Shown here in pieces: positions 9,256 to 19,332 of a DNA stretch of 64,000 bases. Below the pieces are notes generated by a model that saw only the letters and a list, made by a program, of their open reading frames with translations, searched no databases and was not told the DNA's origin. Each line of letters begins with the position of its first letter. Positions within the stretch are counted from its first letter, which is position 1. The DNA is from an uncultured Acidobacteriota bacterium. GTDB lineage: Bacteria; Acidobacteriota; Thermoanaerobaculia; Gp7-AA8. The stretch lies in NCBI GenBank assembly GCA_963741955.1, contig CAVUKB010000005.1, positions 1,376,001 to 1,440,000 of the forward strand. The letters are read 5' to 3'. The position numbers and the translations under genes are program-made.

Positions 9256-11904
9256 TTACGAGTTCTTCAGAATATGCGGCGTGATGAAGATCAACAGCTC
9301 GTCATGCGTCCGCGTCAGTTTCGAGTTCTTGAACAGGTTTCCGAGTACCGGGATTTGCGAAAGGAATGGTATCCGGTCCTGCCCCGAATTATCGGTCGCC
9401 TGGTAGATGCCACCGATCACCGTCGTCCCGCCGTCGCGCACCATCAGGCGCGTCTGTGCTCTCCGGGTAATCAGAGGTGCATTCGTGCCGCCTGCGATGT
9501 TCAGCGCGATCGCGGGCTCCACCTTCTGCACCTGAATGTCCATGATCACAGTTCCCTCCGCGGTGATCTGCGGGGTCACGTTCAACCTCAATGTCGCGTC
9601 GATGTACGTGACGGTCGTCGTGAAGTTCACCCGGGTCTGAATCGGAATCTGAACACCGCTCTGGATCTCGGCGGTCTGATTGTCCTGGGTGGTGACCTTC
9701 GGCGCGGAGACCACTCGTATGAGTCCTTCGTTCTCCGCAGCCAGGAGTGTCACATCCAGATTGAACGTATTCAGGACGTTTCCAAGGCTCAGTGAAAGGA
9801 CAGGATTCGCTCCCGCACCAAGATCGAATGGACCACCGGTGACCGTGCCGTGGTTCGGGAATACCAGTCCCGTTCCGGTTCCAAGGGCCGGGTCCATGTT
9901 GCCGTTGAATCCCCACTCGATCCCGAGGTTGCGGGTGAAGTTCTTCGTGGTCTCCACGATGCGCGCTTCGATCAGGACCTGAGGAGTCGGGATGTCGACG
10001 GCGTCGATCAGGTTCGCCATCGTCTTGAGCACTTCCGGGATTTCCGTGATGATCAGCTGATTCGTCCGGGCGTCCACGGAGAGCTTTCCTCGAGGAGAGG
10101 CCATGTCCTTGAGGAGCGTCACGACATCCGTTGCCTTCGCATAAGAAAGGCGCCGCGTGAGCGTCGTGGTCGGTACGTTCAAGCGTTCCTGCTCGGCGAG
10201 TGCCCGTCTCTGCCCCTGTTCAGCGGTGAGGCGCTGGATGGTGCCGACGCGAATGAGATTGCCTTCCTGCACGAACGTCAGTCCGTTCTGGCGCAGAATC
10301 AGATCGAAAGCCTGGTCCCAGGGAACGCCGGTGAACTGCACGGTCACGGTTCCTGAGACCTGCGGGTCGATCGCGATGTTCAGACCCGTCAACTGCGCGA
10401 AAGTCCGAAGGACATCCTTGATGTCCGCATCCTTGAGGTTCAGATCGATCGGTTCACCGACCCAGACCGGCTCCGTCGCGCTGAGTGTGCGCTGCCCCCC
10501 TGGCGCGACGATCTCTGTGGTTTCGCCGGAGATCTTCTGTTGTTTTGGCGTCTGAAAGATGTCTCCGCCCGTGTTCCGAACGTCGGGCGGTTCGACCGGA
10601 TGCTCGGTGACCGTACTCTGCGGCATCTCCGCACTGACCGTGTTCCCGGCCGGATTGATCGTGCCGGGGGCGGGAGGAGGAGGAACCGGCTGAGCCTGCT
10701 CCGCAGGAGGGCTCGGCTCGCTGGACGACCGGATCACCGCTTTTTCGGTTCCAGTCTTCTGGTTGGCATTGCTCGCGATGACCGGGACATCGTCCGCAGC
10801 GAAGACGTCTTCGGCTTCTGCGGTCGCCGGGTTGTCCACGTTCCGGGTCACGACGGCATTCTGGCTCTCCGGCCGCGCCTTCTCCGGCGTGACCTTCACG
10901 GCCGCGGCGGCCACTGCTTCGCTGCCGTCCGCCGTCCCCGCTTCAAGGCTCGAAAAATCGAGGCGCAGCGACGATCCCACCTGACGGAGATGCGGGTCGA
11001 CCATCTCGTCGAGGTCGAGAACCACTCGAGTGACGGGCTCCGGCGTCGACTGGAACTGTGCCACTCGAATTCTCTTCACATAAGGATCGCCGAGCTCGTA
11101 CGTCTTGTTCCCCACCGAGTCGCGCAGTCCCTTGAGGTCGACCACGAGACGCAGCGGGTTCGAGAGTTTCATCGTGGAGTAGTGAACGGATCCGTCGGCG
11201 GCAAGGTCGATCTGCAGCGAGGATCCCGAACCGCTCGTCGCCACGGCCTTGAGCACTGTCGCAGGATTCGTGGCCGCAGGTTCCTCGGCGACCCGGATCG
11301 GCGCGGATTCGACCGTGGTCTTCTCCGGGGCGGGCGCGGCGACGGCCGGAGTCGGGATCGTCTCGGTCTCGGCCACCTGCGTCGACGGTGCGGAATCAGA
11401 TTCCGCAGAGTCCGGCTGCACTGGAACCGCAGCCGCCTCAGCTGCCGCATCCGCTGTCGGCTCGAAGCTCACCACCAGGTGTTTACCCGTTCCATCGGCT
11501 TTCGCGTGCACGGGCTTGGTGAATCGGAACGTCACCCGCGTCAGAGGCTTCCCGAGCTCGACCGCTTCGTCCGCGCTGACGGAGCTCACGAGCGACGGCA
11601 GCGAATCGGGCTGTGCGAAATCAGCGGCCTTGACTGTCCTCGGAAGATCGACCACGAAAACGTTGGACTGAGGACTGTACGAAGTGTAGGCCGCACTCCC
11701 CCGCGTCTCGAGGACGAACGCAGGAACCGGGTCCGACTGAACCTTCACGGCGAGGAGCGCTGTTGCATCCGTCGCAACCGGGGCGCTCGTCTCTCCATTC
11801 GAGGCAGTTGCCTCCGTCACGGGCTTGTCGGCTCTCGCCGAGGAGCACGCGACGAGCAGCAGAACCATACTGCCCACGAAGAGGAGATGCAGTTTCTTCT
11901 TCAT
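9256..11904 (-). CDS. pilQ: Type IV pilus secretin with AMIN domains
   Basis: Lipoprotein-like signal LLVAC, AMIN (PLRLVVDL..IRVAQF..RVVLDL), IDLNLKDADI, VPWDQAFD, QVLIEARIVE, IPFLSQIPVLGNLFK, ELLIFITP. Confidence 0.93.
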   Translation of the reverse strand: MKKKLHLLFVGSMVLLLVACSSARADKPVTEATASNGETSAPVATDATALLAVKVQSDPVPAFVLETRGSAAYTSYSPQSNVFVVDLPRTVKAADFAQPDSLPSLVSSVSADEAVELGKPLTRVTFRFTKPVHAKADGTGKHLVVSFEPTADAAAEAAAVPVQPDSAESDSAPSTQVAETETIPTPAVAAPAPEKTTVESAPIRVAEEPAATNPATVLKAVATSGSGSSLQIDLAADGSVHYSTMKLSNPLRLVVDLKGLRDSVGNKTYELGDPYVKRIRVAQFQSTPEPVTRVVLDLDEMVDPHLRQVGSSLRLDFSSLEAGTADGSEAVAAAAVKVTPEKARPESQNAVVTRNVDNPATAEAEDVFAADDVPVIASNANQKTGTEKAVIRSSSEPSPPAEQAQPVPPPPAPGTINPAGNTVSAEMPQSTVTEHPVEPPDVRNTGGDIFQTPKQQKISGETTEIVAPGGQRTLSATEPVWVGEPIDLNLKDADIKDVLRTFAQLTGLNIAIDPQVSGTVTVQFTGVPWDQAFDLILRQNGLTFVQEGNLIRVGTIQRLTAEQGQRRALAEQERLNVPTTTLTRRLSYAKATDVVTLLKDMASPRGKLSVDARTNQLIITEIPEVLKTMANLIDAVDIPTPQVLIEARIVETTKNFTRNLGIEWGFNGNMDPALGTGTGLVFPNHGTVTGGPFDLGAGANPVLSLSLGNVLNTFNLDVTLLAAENEGLIRVVSAPKVTTQDNQTAEIQSGVQIPIQTRVNFTTTVTYIDATLRLNVTPQITAEGTVIMDIQVQKVEPAIALNIAGGTNAPLITRRAQTRLMVRDGGTTVIGGIYQATDNSGQDRIPFLSQIPVLGNLFKNSKLTRTHDELLIFITPHILKNS

Positions 11905-11987
11905 TCTTCCCACCTTCACCATCACACAGCCCTCCACGCAGCCCTTCGTGCAGCCTTCCACGCTCCCAAATCTCCGAGTCGAAGAGC

Positions 11988-12533
11988 CTACCGCGGACCC
12001 TTCTGCTCGCTGGACTGCGGTGTCAACTCCTTCACGACCTCTCGATAGCGCTCGATGCGAGTCGGATCATTGACCTCCTGGCGAAAAACGACCGAATCGG
12101 CGGTGATTCGAATCACCTCGCCATCGAAGACTTTGTCGCCATTCCGCAGCAGATATCCTTTGTTGTCGGGGCCGTCGATCATTGCGACCAGTCCCTGTCC
12201 GGTTCTGATGATGCCCTGAAGATCGATCTCGTCGATCATGAATCCCGCCGGTCCTTCCGGGGCGTTCTCGCGGGTGATCTTGGGACTCGGACCGATCAGG
12301 GAACGGAAAGGATCTCGACGTCCCTGAGGATCGTAGCGGTACGTCTCGATCGGATTCTCCTCCAGGGCCTCCTGCAGGTTCTGCTCGATGTTCGAGCCTC
12401 CCGGCTGCTGACCGGCGCTCTCCTGCGCGGTTGCAGTCGTGTCCGTCTGAGCGGGCTCGCTCTGCTGGGCCCGTGCATCCGGGACGATGGCCAGGATCAG
12501 CACCGCGATGCTCAACATCACAGTCCGGGACAT
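11988..12533 (-). CDS. pilP: Type IV pilus assembly protein PilP
   Basis: YDPQGRRDPFRSL, LQGII..AMI..GD motifs, position between pilO and pilQ. Confidence 0.8.
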   Translation of the reverse strand: MSRTVMLSIAVLILAIVPDARAQQSEPAQTDTTATAQESAGQQPGGSNIEQNLQEALEENPIETYRYDPQGRRDPFRSLIGPSPKITRENAPEGPAGFMIDEIDLQGIIRTGQGLVAMIDGPDNKGYLLRNGDKVFDGEVIRITADSVVFRQEVNDPTRIERYREVVKELTPQSSEQKGPR

Positions 12534-12555
12534 GGAAAGTCTCCTGTTCCAGAGC

Positions 12556-13173
12556 TCATTTCTTGTTTCCACCGGGCTTCCCCTTCTCCGCAGTGTCGCC
12601 GGCTTTTGGCTCGATATAGACGAAAGTCTTCGCGATGAACTGCGCCGAAATGGTTCGGTCGACCTGCGCTGGAAGTGCGCGAATATCGAACTTTTCCACG
12701 TTGATGATTCGGGAGAAATTACTGAGCCGGTTGAACAGAATCGCCAGACTGTGGTAGTTCCCTTCCACATCCACGGTGATCGGCCACTCGGCGTAAACCT
12801 CTCCCGACGCTTCGTTCAGCGGAGGAAACACCAGCTTCTTGAGAACGAAGTCGCCCTGATCGACGAGCGACTTGATCTTCTTGATGATCTCTTCGGTGTT
12901 CCGGCTCGAGGGAAGGATGCGTCGAAGCTTCTCGAGCTCGACCTCCAGCCGCCGGACTTCCTCCCGAAACTGCGGGAGCTTCTTTTCCGCCGACCGGCCC
13001 TGTTCGATCTTCTTCGCCAGCTCGTCGAGCTTCGAATCGGCTGCCCGGATCTGGCTGTTGATGTCCGTGATCCAGATGTAGTACGTCCCCCCGACGAGGC
13101 CAATCGCGAGGACCAGCCCGATGATCAGACCGTAGTACCAGGGCTTTCCTTCGAGACCGGTTTCGACAGCCAT
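12556..13173 (-). CDS. pilO: Type IV pilus assembly protein PilO
   Basis: N-terminal TM, coiled coil, ILP, YAEWPI.V.G.YH.L..F..LSNFSRIINV. Confidence 0.9.
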   Translation of the reverse strand: MAVETGLEGKPWYYGLIIGLVLAIGLVGGTYYIWITDINSQIRAADSKLDELAKKIEQGRSAEKKLPQFREEVRRLEVELEKLRRILPSSRNTEEIIKKIKSLVDQGDFVLKKLVFPPLNEASGEVYAEWPITVDVEGNYHSLAILFNRLSNFSRIINVEKFDIRALPAQVDRTISAQFIAKTFVYIEPKAGDTAEKGKPGGNKK

Positions 13174-13182
13174 CGCTTTCCC

Positions 13183-13839
13183 CTATCTCCCCGAATTCGC
13201 CGCGGGAGCCGTATCGCCCGTCTGCGAATCGGTCGTCTCCCCACCCTCGGCTGGCGTCTTGAAGTGGAAATTCATCGTGAATCGGTACACCGCGGCATTC
13301 GAAGTCTGCCCCTGCTGGGAAACCTCGCCGACCGCAGGCTCCTCGAAGAGAGGATCACCCTTCAGGTTCTCCACGAAATTGGCCACCGCGTTCGGGTTGA
13401 GCGCCCGACCGACCAGAGTGATCGTATCGCCGTTCAGCGACATCGAATCGAGCCAGAGCAGATCGGGAAGGTCGCGGCTGATGTGATCCATCACCCGCAC
13501 CGGCCCCTTCTGGTTTCGCTTCAGGTCGTTGATCAGCTTGATCCGCTGTTCGAGCGATTCCCTCCGCTTCTGGTAATCCTCGACTTCTTTGATGATTGCT
13601 TCGAGCTTCTGTGCTTCTATCGTTCTCGCCGCCACCTGCTCCTGTTTGCCAACCAGTTGCTGGTGCTTGATGAACCAGAAACCGCCGGAAACTACGAGTC
13701 CGGCGATCACCAGCGCGACGATCAGAAGGTTGTTGACGTTCGTCGGAGTGGAGGGGCCTGCGGCAACGAAGGCCTGACTCGGACCTCCCGATCGGACCGC
13801 AGCGCGCCCGCCCTCCCTGATCAGATTGATCTTGATCAA
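13183..13839 (-). CDS. pilN: Type IV pilus assembly protein PilN (TTG start)
   Basis: IKINLI motif, TM, coiled coil, LPDLLWLDSM..G.A..VANFVENL. TTGA overlap with the pilM stop. Confidence 0.9.
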   Translation of the reverse strand: MIKINLIREGGRAAVRSGGPSQAFVAAGPSTPTNVNNLLIVALVIAGLVVSGGFWFIKHQQLVGKQEQVAARTIEAQKLEAIIKEVEDYQKRRESLEQRIKLINDLKRNQKGPVRVMDHISRDLPDLLWLDSMSLNGDTITLVGRALNPNAVANFVENLKGDPLFEEPAVGEVSQQGQTSNAAVYRFTMNFHFKTPAEGGETTDSQTGDTAPAANSGR

Positions 13840-14891
13840 GCGTCCCCCAACTTCCTGATTGCCAGTCCGACCGCAATCGCCATGCTCGGCGCAACCGCCG
13901 AGATCCACTCGAGATCGAACTCGCCCTCGTTGATCTGAATGCTCTTGAACGGGTTCATGATCTCCACCGCGATCCCGAACTTGTCTCGAAGGATCGAGTC
14001 GAGGTTCATGACTCCCGAACCACCCCCACTGAGGACGATCTCATCCACCCGTTCTGCACCGGAAGTCGCGGTGAAAAAGTCCAGGGTCTTCCGCAGTTCC
14101 CCTGCGAAGTCTTCGGAAACGGAATTCAGAATCGGGATCACCTGCTGAATGGTGTGATCGGCGACCGGTTCTCCCTTCTTGAGGGATTCAGCCTGACTGA
14201 ACGAGAGATTCAGCTCACGCTGAATCGCGTCCGTGTACTGATTTCCGCCGAAGGTGATGTCCCGCCAGAAGACCGAATTGGTGCCCGAGAGAACGTTCAC
14301 GTTCGTGACCGAGGCCCCGACATTCACCAGCGCCGCGACTTTCCCCGGTGACTGCCCGTAGTTGGCCTCGTAGCAGTTCTGCAGCGCGAAGGCATCCACA
14401 TCGACCAGCACCGGCGTCTTGCCGGCCTGCGAGATCACCGAGATGTAATCGTTGATCTTTTCTTTCTTCACCGCGACGAGAATCACGTCCAGGTTCTCGC
14501 CCGGAGCGGACGCGAGAGGGACGTAATCGAGATTCACGTCGTTGATGTCGAAAGGAATGTACTGCTCGGCTTCCCACTGGATCGATTCGGCCAGTTCCTC
14601 CGACGACATCGGCGGAAGCGAGATCTTCTTGATGATGACTGAATGGCCGCTCAGTGAGGTCCCGTAATTGGAATTCTTCACGCCGCGGGCGGCGTTCAGC
14701 TGTTGGATCGTGTCGACCACCATGGAAGAATCCATGATGGAACCGTCGACGATCGCCTCGGGGGAAAGTGCTTCGAGGCCGACCTTTTCGAGCTGAAACG
14801 AACCCTGCTTCTTTTCTTTCAGCTCTACGAGCTTGACCGCGGACGAGCCAATATCAAGCCCTACCAGATTCTTGCTCTTTGAGAAGAACAC
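13836..14891 (-). CDS. pilM: Type IV pilus assembly protein PilM
   Basis: VGLDIGSSAVKLVEL, EAEQYIPF, VDVDAFALQN, LSGGGS, AVGLAIR. Confidence 0.95.
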   Translation of the reverse strand: MFFSKSKNLVGLDIGSSAVKLVELKEKKQGSFQLEKVGLEALSPEAIVDGSIMDSSMVVDTIQQLNAARGVKNSNYGTSLSGHSVIIKKISLPPMSSEELAESIQWEAEQYIPFDINDVNLDYVPLASAPGENLDVILVAVKKEKINDYISVISQAGKTPVLVDVDAFALQNCYEANYGQSPGKVAALVNVGASVTNVNVLSGTNSVFWRDITFGGNQYTDAIQRELNLSFSQAESLKKGEPVADHTIQQVIPILNSVSEDFAGELRKTLDFFTATSGAERVDEIVLSGGGSGVMNLDSILRDKFGIAVEIMNPFKSIQINEGEFDLEWISAVAPSMAIAVGLAIRKLGDA

Positions 14892-14961
14892 CGCTCACCC
14901 CATCCATCTCACAGACTTCTCGTTTGCTCAAATCATCATGAATTACAGAAAGTTTGAGGCG

Positions 14962-14990
14962 AAGTTACACCGTTTCCAGAACGGTGTCAA
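14962..14990 (-). promoter_or_regulatory. sigma-70 promoter of pilM with a palindromic operator in the spacer
   Basis: Minus strand TTGACA-17 bp-TAACTT. Perfect inverted repeat ACACCGTT-N5-AACGGTGT at 14967-14987. Confidence 0.65.
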
Positions 14991-15064
14991 CAACGCAAGG
15001 TCATGAGATGCCGGAAGATACGGGAACGGAAGCGGTGACCCTCTCCGACGGGAATGGAAAGGCA

Positions 15065-15093
15065 TTGCGCGAAACCGCGCGGACGATTACAAT
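15065..15093 (+). promoter_or_regulatory. sigma-70 promoter of rpmB
   Basis: TTGCGC-17 bp-TACAAT, then SD AGGAG. Confidence 0.55.
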
Positions 15094-15128
15094 CCTCGCC
15101 CCTTCGCTGGGCAACAGGAGTCGAAACG

Positions 15129-15323
15129 ATGGCCAAAATGTGTGAAGTTTGTGGGAAAAAACCGGTGTTCGGAAACCGGATCAGTCATGCTCACAACGTG
15201 AGCAGCCGGCGCTGGCTGCCGAACCTTCAGCGGGTTCGGGTCCTCGTCGCAGGGTCAGTTCGCAGAATGAATGTCTGTACCCGGTGCATCCGTTCGGGCC
15301 GCATCGAGAAGGCTGCGCGCTGA
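15129..15323 (+). CDS. rpmB: 50S ribosomal protein L28 (zinc-ribbon form)
   Basis: [40 protein letters not shown]. Confidence 0.96.
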   Translation: MAKMCEVCGKKPVFGNRISHAHNVSSRRWLPNLQRVRVLVAGSVRRMNVCTRCIRSGRIEKAAR

Positions 15324-15345
15324 TCGCACGTGGCGACGACACTCG

Positions 15346-17523
15346 TCACGCGATCGCGTGACGGGTGTTGTACTTCCTCTGGACCGTCAGCACCCCCTCG
15401 GTCCCCTGAATCGATTTGATCAGCTTCTCCAGGTGCTTGAGGTCCGAAATCTCCACCAGCAGATCGATCACTCCCCGTCCGTCCGCCGTCCGGGCTTCGA
15501 TGTGGCGGATGTTCGTTTTCAGGTTCGCAATCGAGGAGATCACCCTCGCCAGGATGCCGGTCCGGTCCTCCAGCGTGATCTCCAGCTCGATCCGGTACTG
15601 GGCGTCCCCCTGACTCGCCCACTCCACGGTGATCTCCCGATCCGGGTTGAACATCAGATTCTTCACGTTCGGACAGTTGGAGCTGTGCACCGCGATCCCT
15701 TTTCCCCGCGTCACGTAGCCGATGATCGGTTCTCCGGGGAGCGGGCTGCAGCATTTCGCGAGATACGTCATCAGATCGTCATACCCCCGGACCTTGATGA
15801 CCGCTGAGCTGCCGAACGGAAAGATCCGCCGCACGGCCTGCTGCAGCACCCCTCCTTCCGCGGCCGGCTCCCGCTTCTCCTTCTCGTCCGCAGGGACGAA
15901 CCGCTCGATGATCGATTTCGCCGAGATCTTTCCGTATCCGACATCGGCATAGAGGTCGTCCAGCCGCGCCAGTCCGTGTTCGGCGAGAACGCCGTCCAGG
16001 GCGTTTTCCGCGATCAGCTTTCGGATCTGCACCTTGAATTTCCGAGCCTCCTTTTCGATCAGCTTCCTCCCCAGCTCGATCGAGCGCGTCTTCTGCTCGG
16101 TATTCAGCCAATGCCGGATCTTGTGTCTCGCCCTCGAGGTGACGGCGATGTTCAGCCATTCCCGGTTCGGCGTCTGGTTCGGTGCGGTGAGGATCTCCAC
16201 GATGTCGCCGTTCCGAAGCGGCGTGCGCAACTGCACGAGCTTGCCGTTGATCCGGGCGCCGACGCAGTGGCTTCCGACGTCGGTGTGGATCTGGAACGCG
16301 AAGTCGAGCGGCGTCGCCCCCCGCGGGAACGCGAATACGTCTCCTTTCGGCGTGAAGGTGTAGACCTCGTCAGGGTAGAGGTCGATCTTCAGCGAGTTGA
16401 GAAAAATTCTCGGATCCTTGATGTCCTGCTGCCATTCGACCAGCTGTCTCAGCCAGAGGAAGTTCGTGTCGTCCGGAGAAGGTCCGACCCGTCCTTCCTT
16501 GTACTTCCAGTGAGCCGCGATCCCCTGCTCGGCGATCAGGTCCATTTCCTTCGTACGGATCTGAACCTCGAACGGCTGGCCCTGCTCGGCCACGACCACC
16601 GTGTGGAGCGACTGGTAGAAGTTCGGCTTGGGCATGGCGATGTAATCCTTGATCCGCCCCGGAACCGGACGCCATGCCTGGTGGATGATTCCGAGCGCAG
16701 AATAGCAGTCCTTCACGCTTCCGGTGATGATCCGGAACGCCAGGTAGTCGTACAGTTCGCCGATGTCGATTCCCTGGCGGCGAAGCTTCTGGTGGATCGA
16801 ATGCATCGACTTGACCCGTCCGGTCACGTCGACTTCGATCTGGTTCTCCGTCATCTTGTCTGCAATCGATTTGCGGAGGCGTTCGACCACGTCCGCCGAC
16901 ACCTTCATCTTCTTTCGAACCGCCGAGCTCAGATCTTCGAACTCCTTCGCGTAGAGATACCGGAAGGAGAGGTCTTCCAGTTCGCTCTTGACCATTCCCA
17001 TCCCGAGCCGGTTCGCGATCGGAGCGTAGATCTCCATGGTTTCCTTCGCGATCGCGATCCGCCGCTCCTCCGGAAGGTGGTGGAGGGTCCTCATGTTGTG
17101 GAGCCGGTCCGCGAGCTTGACCAGGATCACCCGGAGATCCGAGACCATGGCCAGAATCATCTTCCGGAACGTCTCCGCCTGCTGCTCTTCCTTGGAGACG
17201 TACTCGTAACGGGAGATCTTCGTCACGCCGTCGACGATCTCCGCCACGTCCTCGCCGAACAGCTCCGCCAGCCGTTCTTTCGTGGTCAGAGTATCTTCGA
17301 GGACATCGTGCAGCAGCCCGACCGCGATCGAGGTCTCGTCGAGCTTCATATCGGTGAGGATGTGGGCGACGTTGAGAGGGTGAATCAGGTAAGGCTCTCC
17401 CGAGCGTCGCATCTGCCCTTTGTGAGCGAGTGCGGAAAAGATGTAAGCCCTGTCGAGAAGCGCCTCGTCGAACTGCGGCTTGTAGCTCTCGACTCTTTCG
17501 AGAATGTCCTCGAAACGAATCAT
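15346..17523 (-). CDS. relA: Bifunctional (p)ppGpp synthetase/hydrolase Rel
   Basis: RRSGEPYLIHP, LLHDVLEDT (intact HD), KLADRLHNMRTL, YQSLHT, EVQIRT, TGS, AKCC and ACT domains. Confidence 0.95.
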   Translation of the reverse strand: MIRFEDILERVESYKPQFDEALLDRAYIFSALAHKGQMRRSGEPYLIHPLNVAHILTDMKLDETSIAVGLLHDVLEDTLTTKERLAELFGEDVAEIVDGVTKISRYEYVSKEEQQAETFRKMILAMVSDLRVILVKLADRLHNMRTLHHLPEERRIAIAKETMEIYAPIANRLGMGMVKSELEDLSFRYLYAKEFEDLSSAVRKKMKVSADVVERLRKSIADKMTENQIEVDVTGRVKSMHSIHQKLRRQGIDIGELYDYLAFRIITGSVKDCYSALGIIHQAWRPVPGRIKDYIAMPKPNFYQSLHTVVVAEQGQPFEVQIRTKEMDLIAEQGIAAHWKYKEGRVGPSPDDTNFLWLRQLVEWQQDIKDPRIFLNSLKIDLYPDEVYTFTPKGDVFAFPRGATPLDFAFQIHTDVGSHCVGARINGKLVQLRTPLRNGDIVEILTAPNQTPNREWLNIAVTSRARHKIRHWLNTEQKTRSIELGRKLIEKEARKFKVQIRKLIAENALDGVLAEHGLARLDDLYADVGYGKISAKSIIERFVPADEKEKREPAAEGGVLQQAVRRIFPFGSSAVIKVRGYDDLMTYLAKCCSPLPGEPIIGYVTRGKGIAVHSSNCPNVKNLMFNPDREITVEWASQGDAQYRIELEITLEDRTGILARVISSIANLKTNIRHIEARTADGRGVIDLLVEISDLKHLEKLIKSIQGTEGVLTVQRKYNTRHAIA

Positions 17524-17566
17524 CGCGGCGGTACCAGCGGCGAGTATAACAAAGCGTTTTCGCGGT

Positions 17567-18352
17567 TTATGACCGGTTTCTCCGGGGCACCATCCAGCTG
17601 GCGACGCCATCTTCCGCATGCGCCGCGATCGCATCGAAACCGAAGTGCTCCTTCATGATCTCGGGCTTCATCACCGCCGTCGCCGGACCATCTGCGACCA
17701 CTCGGCCACGACTCATCACCACGATCCGGTCACTGTACGCAGCGCTCCAGTTCAGATCGTGCGAGACCAGCAGGATCGTCTTCGCCGTGGAGTCGACGAT
17801 TCCGCGAAGAAGCTCCATCAGATCCTGAATGTGCCGGACGTCGAGTGAAGCGAGTGGCTCGTCCAGGAGGATCAGCTCCGGGTCGGCCGCAAGCGCTCTC
17901 GCGAGGTAGACCCGCTTCCGCTCGCCGCCGCTCATCTCGTCCAGCCACCGCTCCGCGAGTGCGCGTGCGTCGCACAGCTCCAGCGCCTTTTCCGCAGCCT
18001 CCAGATCCTCGCGGCTCTCCCACCGGAACCGGCTCACGTACGGGGCCCGGCCGCTGAGGACCACGTCTCGAGCTCTCATCGGAAAGCTCGGGTCCGGCTG
18101 CTGCGAGAGGTAGGCGACTCGTTTCGCATACTCCCTCCGATCCCATTTCCTGATCGGCCGGTTCTCGAAACGTACCTCTCCCCGCTCCGGAGCGAGCACT
18201 CCGCAGAGAAGCTTCAGAAGTGTCGACTTGCCAGCTCCGTTCGGGCCGATCACCGAGACGAGCTCTCCCGAACCGAAGCGGGCGGTCACGTCCTCGACCG
18301 CTGCGACATCTTCGCGATAGGAAAACCAGACGCTCTGGAGCTCCGCCAGCAT
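17567..18352 (-). CDS. ABC transporter ATPase, cobalamin/iron-chelate family (BtuD/FecE-like)
   Basis: GPNGAGKST, MSGGERKR, LLDEP, SHDLN. TGATG coupling to the permease. Confidence 0.9.
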   Translation of the reverse strand: MLAELQSVWFSYREDVAAVEDVTARFGSGELVSVIGPNGAGKSTLLKLLCGVLAPERGEVRFENRPIRKWDRREYAKRVAYLSQQPDPSFPMRARDVVLSGRAPYVSRFRWESREDLEAAEKALELCDARALAERWLDEMSGGERKRVYLARALAADPELILLDEPLASLDVRHIQDLMELLRGIVDSTAKTILLVSHDLNWSAAYSDRIVVMSRGRVVADGPATAVMKPEIMKEHFGFDAIAAHAEDGVASWMVPRRNRS

Positions 18353-19332
18353 CAACTCTCTCTCCGGAGGATCAGAAGAAAAAAGGGGACTCCGATCAGC
18401 GCGGTGATCGCTCCGAGCGGGAGCTCGGCCGGAGCGACTGCAGTCCGCGCCAGAAGGTCCGCGCACACCAGAAGGATGCCGCCACCGAGCAGAGAGAGGG
18501 GAAGCAGCGCGCGATAGTCCGGCCGCCAGAGCAGCCGGATCCCGTGCGGCACCAGCAATCCCACGAACCCGATGATCCCGCCGACCGCCACAGCTGCACT
18601 GGTGATCAGCGAGGCGGCGAAGAACGCGATGAATTTCGTCCGCTCGACCTCCACTCCTTTTGCTTTGGCATCGTCTTCTCCAAACGCGAGGAGCCGCAGA
18701 TCCGATGCGATCCAGGCGAGCGCGGCCAGGGTCACTGCCACCGTCACGCCGGTCAGGGCCACGCCGCGCCAGTCGGCACCGCTGAGTGTTCCCATCATCC
18801 ACCGCATCGCGGCTACCAGATCGGTCGCACCGCTGAACGAAAAAGCGAGAAGGATCACCGCCGAGAAAAATGCATTCAGGATCAATCCGGCGAGAAGGAG
18901 CCGAACGGTATCGATCTGGCGCCCCCGGCGCCCGAGCAGATACACGAGTGCAGTGGCGAGCGTTCCGCCCCCGAAAGCAGCGAGAGGAACGACGATCCCC
19001 GAGCGGGCTCCGTGCAGCATCGCCGCGATCGCCGCCCCGCTCGCTGCTCCGCCCGAGACCCCGAGGATGAACGGGTCCGCGAGTGGGTTGCGGAGCAGGG
19101 TCTGGAAGGTCGCCCCGGCCATCGCGAGCCCTCCTCCCACCAGCGCCGCGAGAATCACCCGCGGAAGCCGGATGTCCCGTATCACCGCGATCTGCAGCGC
19201 GTCGCCCGAGAAGAGAGCGCTCAGTCCGATCCCCGATGCTCCGAGCTCCACCGAGATCACGATGGCGACCAGAAGCAGCGCGGCGAGAAACGCACACCGT
19301 CGCCACAGAATCCCGAACGCAGGGCTGCTCAT
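18352..19332 (-). CDS. ABC permease, FecCD/BtuC family
   Basis: IRLPRVILA, LLRNPLADPFILGVSGGA, GEDDAKAKGV, GIIGFVGLLVPH, ELPLGAITALIGVPFF. Confidence 0.92.
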   Translation of the reverse strand: MSSPAFGILWRRCAFLAALLLVAIVISVELGASGIGLSALFSGDALQIAVIRDIRLPRVILAALVGGGLAMAGATFQTLLRNPLADPFILGVSGGAASGAAIAAMLHGARSGIVVPLAAFGGGTLATALVYLLGRRGRQIDTVRLLLAGLILNAFFSAVILLAFSFSGATDLVAAMRWMMGTLSGADWRGVALTGVTVAVTLAALAWIASDLRLLAFGEDDAKAKGVEVERTKFIAFFAASLITSAAVAVGGIIGFVGLLVPHGIRLLWRPDYRALLPLSLLGGGILLVCADLLARTAVAPAELPLGAITALIGVPFFLLILRRES

